In this document: piece by piece, positions 58,792 through 64,000 of the stretch
Layout of the letters: every line of letters starts with the position of its first letter
Numbering within the stretch: the first letter of the stretch is position 1
Notes under the pieces: model-generated
Seen by the model: only the letters and a program-made list of their open reading frames with translations
The model's database searches: none
What the model was told of the DNA's origin: nothing
NCBI GenBank assembly: GCA_965242695.1
Contig: CBDESU010000001.1
Location: 1,920,001-1,984,000, forward strand
Origin: Cenarchaeum sp.
GTDB lineage: Archaea > Thermoproteota > Nitrososphaeria > Nitrososphaerales > Nitrosopumilaceae
Length of the DNA: 64,000 bases
Direction of reading: 5' to 3'
Position numbers and translations under genes: made by a program

Positions 58792-61700
58792 TTAACCGAG
58801 GCCTGGGCCGGATCCCGGATCCCGAGCCCGCCGGATTGCAATCCGCACGGCCTGCCCGTCGACATCCTCGTCCTTGTAGGGCCCTTCGCACCGGCCCTCA
58901 AAGTCGACCGCCCGGGCCCGCACGAGGAACGCAAGCTCGCCGGCCCTCGGCCCGAGCAGCTCGGCCTGGCGCGCATCCAGGCCAGCGACGGACGCGGCGT
59001 CGAGCATGTCCGCAGGATCGCATCCCCTCTCCTTGCGCAGCGACTGGATGCGCCGCGCCAGGTCCTTGAGCAGGCCCCTCGCGGCCATCTCCTCGCTGCG
59101 CCGCGTCGACAGGAACGCGACCACGCCGCCGTGGTCGGCCGCCGCGTACCCGCCGGCCGCCGTGAACCCGATGTCAAAGTCCCCGTCGGTCAGCGCGATC
59201 GACGGCGTTCCCGCTGGCGGGCCGCGCGGCGCATCCCCCTCACCCGCATTCCGCGCGCCGGCAGGGTCGGGCACCTCCACTTCGATGCGCCCGTCCCTGC
59301 ACAGCGCCTCCGCTACCGCGCGCCCGCCGATGGCATCGAGGGCGGCCGGCAGGCGCGCCATCAGGCGCCCGGCGCGGGCGCCGACCTTTTTCCGATCAAG
59401 GGCGGCCGTCGGCTCCACGGGCAGTCCCATCCGGATCATCTCGCGGACGCGCTGCGCTCCTCCGCCCTCGCCGCCGCCGCCCTTCCCGCCCTCGCTTCCC
59501 GCCGGCGCATCGGCGAGCGTGCGCACCTCGCACCGCTCCACGTTGAGGCGCTCGGCGAGCATGCCGCCGGGCAGCGACTCGAGCGGGCCGGCCCCGCCGA
59601 GCCGCTCCGGCACGCATACGATCGCCTCGCCGAGCGGCCAGCGGCGCTTGAGGCCGGCCTTCATGCGGGCAGCGGCGCACGCGGATGCGGCCTCGCCGAG
59701 CAGCCCGAACGACCTCTCGACCCCCTCGTCGACGAGCGACTCGTCGGGCTCGGGCCAGGGCTCGAGCAGGACGGAGCTGCGCCGGCCGCCGAGCGCCTCG
59801 GCGTACAGGTGCTCGGTAAGGAAGGGGCATGCGGGGTGCAGCATGACGACGGCCGCGCGCAGGGCCTCGCGCATTACGGCGTGGATGGCAAGGCGCCGGT
59901 CCCTGCCGTCCGGCCCGTCGTCCCACAGCTCGGCCCGCACTGCCGGCACGTACGACTGGCTGACGGCGCCTACGACAAACTCGTCTATCGCGCGGACCGC
60001 CTCGTGGAGGCGGCACGCGTCGCTACGCGCCGTCACGTACCGCACCAGCCCCTGCAGCCGGGAGAGCAGCCACCGGTCGGCGTGCCCTAGCAGCGACCTC
60101 TCTGCCGCCCACCCGACCGTATGCTCGGCCGCGTCAAACCCGTCGTACGACGAGTTCTGCGCGTGGTGGAGGTGCAGGTGGTACAGCGTGCTGGCCACCT
60201 GGTACGGCCTGGCCGAGACCTCCTTCCTGTCGAAGCTGAGCGGCTCTATCGGGCTCGCCTTCCACAGCAGGTAGAGCCTGACGAGGTCGACGGGCGCCTC
60301 GGACAGCAGGGCCTCGGCGTCGATCACGTTGCCCAGGCTCTTGCTCATCTTGCCGCCCTTTTCGTCGAGGACGTGGCCCTGGAACAGGAACGAGCGGAAC
60401 GGCGCCTCGGGCCGGCCGCCGGAGAGTATTACATGCTCGACGAGCAGCGTGTACGCCCAGCCGCGCGTCTGGTCTATGCCCTCCGTCAGGAACTGCACGG
60501 GGACGTGCTCGGCGTGCGCGGCCGCCCCGAGCGAAGAGTACGGCGCCGAGCCGCTGTTGTGCCACGTGTCGAGCACGTACGGCTCCCTCTCGGAGCGGCC
60601 GCCGCATCTCGAGCAGGCGACCGCGATGCGGTCCAGCCACGGCCTGTGGAGCTCGAGCTCCCCGGCGGGCCTCCCGCCCGCCTTGCCCGCCGCCTCGGAT
60701 ATCTCGGCCCTCGTAAAGAGCCAGTCCGTGTTGCCGCAGGCGGAGCACGTCCATGCTGGAAGGGGGCACCCCCAGAACCTCTCGCGCGATATGCACCACG
60801 GGTGCCTCTCGCCGACTATCGCCAGGAAGCGGTTGCGAGGCTGCTCGAAAAAGTACTCTGCGGAGCCGGCGGCCCTCACGGCCGCGTCGCCGAGCCTGTC
60901 GAGCTTGTAGAACCAGCCGCGCCTTGCAAGCCACACTATGCGGTGGCGCGAGCGCCAGCACAGCGGGTACTTGTGCCGGATGCGCCCTATGCGGACGAGC
61001 GCGCCGGCCGCGCGGAGGTCGTCGACTATGGCCCTGTCGGCGTCGCGCACGTACGAGCCCGAGTACGCGCCGGCGTCTGCCGTGAACACGGCCGCGTCGT
61101 CTATCGGGCAGAACACGGCGACGCCCCTCTCGCGGGCGACCCGTATGTCCTCCTCGCCGTTGGCCGGCGAGAGGTGGACCAGGCCGCTGCCCGCGTTCGA
61201 ATCGACGAACCGGTCGGCGACGACCGTATGAAACGCCGCGCCGCCCTTTCCTCCCTCCGCCAGCCCGCGCAGGGCGGGCACCTTTTCGTACAGCGGGTGC
61301 TCGTAGCGGCGCCCGTCGAGCTCGGAGCCCCCGACGGAGCCGGCCTCCTCGTACTCGGAGACGCCGGCCTCCTCGAGCAGCGCCTCCATGCGCGAGGCGC
61401 CCACAATCCACACCTCGCCCGAGCCGCCGCCCGCGGCCGCCGCAGGCACCCGCACGCGGCGGTACTCCTCGTCGGGATGCACGCCGACCATCGCGTCCGT
61501 GACCAGCGTGAACGGCATCGTGGTCCACACGACGAGGTACTCGGGGTCGGCCCCGGCATCCCCGCCGGCCAGCCTCACCTTGTAGTACAGCGACGGGTCG
61601 GCGACCTCCTCGTACCCCTGGTTGACCTCGGCGTGGCTCAGCGACGTCTGGCAGCTCGGGCAGTACGCGATCACCGTATGGTCGGCCTCGAGTACGTTCG

Positions 61701-62220
61701 ACTCTAGGGCCCTCTTGAGGACCTGCCACTCCCTCTCGATGAACTCGTCCGTGTACGTCCAGTACGCGCCGTCGTGGCTCATGGACATCCCCAGGAGCCG
61801 GTCGGCGGCGACCCACCTCTCGTTGTACTTTTTCACGATCCTCTTGCACTCGGCGACTAGCCTCTCGACGCCGACCCCCTCCTCTATCTCGTCCCTGCCC
61901 CCCTCGATGCCGAGCTCCTTTTGCGCCTGCAGCTCGACGGGCAGGCCCTGCGTGTCCCAGCCGGCGTTGAACACGACGCGGGCGCCGCGCATCGTCGTGT
62001 ACCTGTACCAGTAGTCCTTGATGACGCGGCCGCGCAGGTGCCCCACGTGCGGCGTGCCGTTCATCGTGGGAGGGCCCTCTACGAACATGACGGTGCGGCG
62101 CGGCGCCCCGTCCGGGCCGGGGGAGGCGGCCACCTCCGCGTCCGCGTCGACGCCGTCCATGCGCCGCCGCACGGCGTCCTCGATCCCCTTGGCGTCAAAC
62201 TCCTTGGCCAGCCCCGCCAT
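58792..62220 (-). CDS. ileS: Isoleucyl-tRNA synthetase
   Basis: EGPP..NG.PHVGH, GWDTQGLP, WTTMP, WCISRERFWG, EGIDQTRGW, KMSKS. Confidence 0.97.
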   Translation of the reverse strand: MAGLAKEFDAKGIEDAVRRRMDGVDADAEVAASPGPDGAPRRTVMFVEGPPTMNGTPHVGHLRGRVIKDYWYRYTTMRGARVVFNAGWDTQGLPVELQAQKELGIEGGRDEIEEGVGVERLVAECKRIVKKYNERWVAADRLLGMSMSHDGAYWTYTDEFIEREWQVLKRALESNVLEADHTVIAYCPSCQTSLSHAEVNQGYEEVADPSLYYKVRLAGGDAGADPEYLVVWTTMPFTLVTDAMVGVHPDEEYRRVRVPAAAAGGGSGEVWIVGASRMEALLEEAGVSEYEEAGSVGGSELDGRRYEHPLYEKVPALRGLAEGGKGGAAFHTVVADRFVDSNAGSGLVHLSPANGEEDIRVARERGVAVFCPIDDAAVFTADAGAYSGSYVRDADRAIVDDLRAAGALVRIGRIRHKYPLCWRSRHRIVWLARRGWFYKLDRLGDAAVRAAGSAEYFFEQPRNRFLAIVGERHPWCISRERFWGCPLPAWTCSACGNTDWLFTRAEISEAAGKAGGRPAGELELHRPWLDRIAVACSRCGGRSEREPYVLDTWHNSGSAPYSSLGAAAHAEHVPVQFLTEGIDQTRGWAYTLLVEHVILSGGRPEAPFRSFLFQGHVLDEKGGKMSKSLGNVIDAEALLSEAPVDLVRLYLLWKASPIEPLSFDRKEVSARPYQVASTLYHLHLHHAQNSSYDGFDAAEHTVGWAAERSLLGHADRWLLSRLQGLVRYVTARSDACRLHEAVRAIDEFVVGAVSQSYVPAVRAELWDDGPDGRDRRLAIHAVMREALRAAVVMLHPACPFLTEHLYAEALGGRRSSVLLEPWPEPDESLVDEGVERSFGLLGEAASACAAARMKAGLKRRWPLGEAIVCVPERLGGAGPLESLPGGMLAERLNVERCEVRTLADAPAGSEGGKGGGGEGGGAQRVREMIRMGLPVEPTAALDRKKVGARAGRLMARLPAALDAIGGRAVAEALCRDGRIEVEVPDPAGARNAGEGDAPRGPPAGTPSIALTDGDFDIGFTAAGGYAAADHGGVVAFLSTRRSEEMAARGLLKDLARRIQSLRKERGCDPADMLDAASVAGLDARQAELLGPRAGELAFLVRARAVDFEGRCEGPYKDEDVDGQAVRIAIRRARDPGSGPGLG

Positions 62221-62689
62221 TTGCGGCGGCCGGGCGGGCCGCCAATTTAGGCGTGGCGGGCGGGTGCCGCCCGGGCGAAGCGTGGGAGGGCGGGTGCCGC
62301 CAAGGGCGCCATTGCGCGCTCATCGTGCACCGGCGCTCATTGTGCGCCCGCATCCAGCCGCAGCGGGCCGCCGCCGCGGCGCCAGTGGTTGCCGCGCGCA
62401 TGCGCGGCGCGCGCATACGGAGGCGGCCTGACGCGATGCGGACATCCGGCTCCCCGCCCGCGCTCGGACCCGCAGGCAGGAGGGTTTGGGGCGCGGGCGG
62501 CTTTTTGCGGCGCGCGGCTCGGTCAGCAGGGCCGGGACCGCGTCCCAGCCGCGTTTCCGCCACGCGGCCGCGCGAGCGGCAGGCTGCAAAGGGCCGGCAG
62601 GGATCAGCCGCCGCCCCCATGAGCCATAGCCGCCAATGCTGGCCACATGGCGAACGGGCGCCAAGGCGCATCGCAAGGGCCCCGCAGCG

Positions 62690-62800
62690 GCCTTTCTTTC
62701 CCGCGCCGGCGGCATCCCCGATCTTCGAATTTGCTTGGAGAGATGGGAATGACCCCTCCCCCCCCCATCGGCCCTTCTTTCCCGCGCCGGAAGCATCCCC
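62690..62800. repeat. Imperfect direct repeat of about 30 bp (CTTTCCCGCGCCGG..GCATCCCCG) x2 around a C-rich tract
   Basis: Copies at about 62690-62720 and 62771-62801. Confidence 0.75.
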
Positions 62801-62904
62801 GCACAGGGCGTCCCCCGCTAGGCAATGGCCAACGGGCTCCCGTGCGCCCTTGCCGCGGCCGCGTCTTGCTTTTTGCCCAGTGTCGACTGGGCGTATTGTG
62901 GGGG

Positions 62905-63498
62905 CTACCCTGCGAGCACCTTTTGCACGTGCCGGATGTATTCCTCTACCGTGTACGTTTTGCCGTCAAAGCGCCCCTGTCTTATGTCGGCAAGGGCTTG
63001 CTCGATCTCCGGATCGAGGTTCGGCTCGTAGTCGTAGTCGCCATAGGCGCCACCGGAAATTCCGGCCACGACGTCCGTGGTCATGATGCTTGCGGTGTAT
63101 TCTGGACGCGCATTGCATATGTCTCCCAGCAGGGACGGCCACGACTTTTTGTCAAGGCCAGAAAGCTTTGCACGGAGGGTTTTGAGGATTGACCCGTGCT
63201 CCAAGTCCAGCCTGCGCAGTATGGCAAGCCCCTTGGGCTCTAGCGCGTACATGTAGTAGCTCCGCCCGCCTGATACCGGTTTGGTTCTTTCGCCAAGTAT
63301 CCCGGATTCCACGCATCGGCGCACGTCCAGATCAAGGGCGCGGCTGTACGGGCCGCAGTTGTGCGGCCTCCAGTCCTGGTAGAGGCCGAAGCGCACCAGA
63401 TCATCCCGGTACAGCTCGGACGCCAGGAAGGCGTACTTTTGCAGGCGCATCCTGCCGTGAATTGAGAGGTCGTTCACCAGGACTACGACCCGCTCCAT
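62905..63498 (-). CDS. YwgA/Panacea(SocA)-like antitoxin-family protein with extra C-terminal tail
   Basis: GRMRLQKYAFL...WRPHNCGPYSRAL..D wHTH motif; tail DPEIEQALADIRQGRFDGKTYTVEEY. Confidence 0.7.
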   Translation of the reverse strand: MERVVVLVNDLSIHGRMRLQKYAFLASELYRDDLVRFGLYQDWRPHNCGPYSRALDLDVRRCVESGILGERTKPVSGGRSYYMYALEPKGLAILRRLDLEHGSILKTLRAKLSGLDKKSWPSLLGDICNARPEYTASIMTTDVVAGISGGAYGDYDYEPNLDPEIEQALADIRQGRFDGKTYTVEEYIRHVQKVLAG

Positions 63499-63812
63499 GC
63501 CCGCCATTGCAGGGCAAAAAACTGCGTCGCGTATAACTGCTTGGCGCGCCCTGCGGCGCCTCGCGCGGGGGCGACGACGCGGAGCGGATGCGCGCAGGCG
63601 CAGGGAGTGCAAGCCGGTGCGGGCAGGCGCAGGCATGGGCGGCCCGGCCGCGGCGTGCCGGCGCGGCGCCGACAGACGGGCATCGGCGCGCATGAAAAGG
63701 CCCCTCATCCCCCTCCCCACCGCATGGAGGCGGAGGGGGCAGGAATGCGGGGCCGCGGCAGGCCGCCGCCGGGTCGAATTGATATACGGCGGGGTGCCCG
63801 CGCGTTTTGGGC

Positions 63813-64000
63813 ATGGCCGAAAAGTTCCTCATCTGCGGTAGCGGCGGCAGGGAGGCGGCGTTTGCCGCGCGGCTCGCCGGCGACGCGCGCGTGTACGCGG
63901 TCGTCGGCCACGAGAACCCCGGCATAGTCGACAGCGTCGGCAGGTCGGGCGGCGCCCACGCAGTCGGCGATGCCGGCGACCCCGAGTCGGTCGTCGGCTT
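63813..64000 (+). CDS. purD: Phosphoribosylamine-glycine ligase (5' part)
   Basis: My translation: MAEKFLICGSGGREAAFA...HENPGI. Confidence 0.88.
   Translation, partial: MAEKFLICGSGGREAAFAARLAGDARVYAVVGHENPGIVDSVGRSGGAHAVGDAGDPESVVG

Noticed and set aside
1-64000. Hundreds of long Arg/Pro/Ala/Gly-rich ORFs in the track (e.g. 4146-6110, 9146-10918, 15379-17289, 58114-60090)
   Set aside because: Shadow frames of real genes in very high-GC DNA, with no motifs

Overview
64 kb of a very GC-rich archaeal chromosome. The gene set (eIF6, archease, rpl40e, PxWVKxxAGWWxxG repeat protein, intron-containing tRNA, TATA boxes about 25-35 nt before start codons) points to Nitrososphaerota/Thaumarchaeota. 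It is most likely a high-GC Nitrosopumilaceae lineage of the Cenarchaeum-like symbiont type (inference). The backbone is housekeeping: hisS, eif6, nadE, purC/M/N/D, suf cluster, hemL-C-cobA-hemD, arsC/aquaporin/phoU, a tandem tmk-like pair, pepF, tRNA-Val(CAC), rpl40e, sucCD and ileS. Accessory DNA is interleaved with it: (i) an AT-rich island with a Type III R-M system whose mod gene carries an in-frame G22 tract, a candidate archaeal phase-variable methyltransferase; (ii) a complete single-ORF IS66-family element with 18-bp TIRs, an 8-bp TSD and an Ala-rich repeat tail; (iii) a tandemly duplicated two-gene module (helical protein ending RIGGGC plus HExxH metallopeptidase) next to an orphan DNA methyltransferase; (iv) three dispersed genes sharing an antitoxin-like C-terminal tail, one followed by a decayed RelE; (v) an AAA+/DUF4143-type ATPase with a perfect 7x35-bp array at its promoter; (vi) many coding VNTRs. 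All calls come from motif reading by eye; no searches were run.
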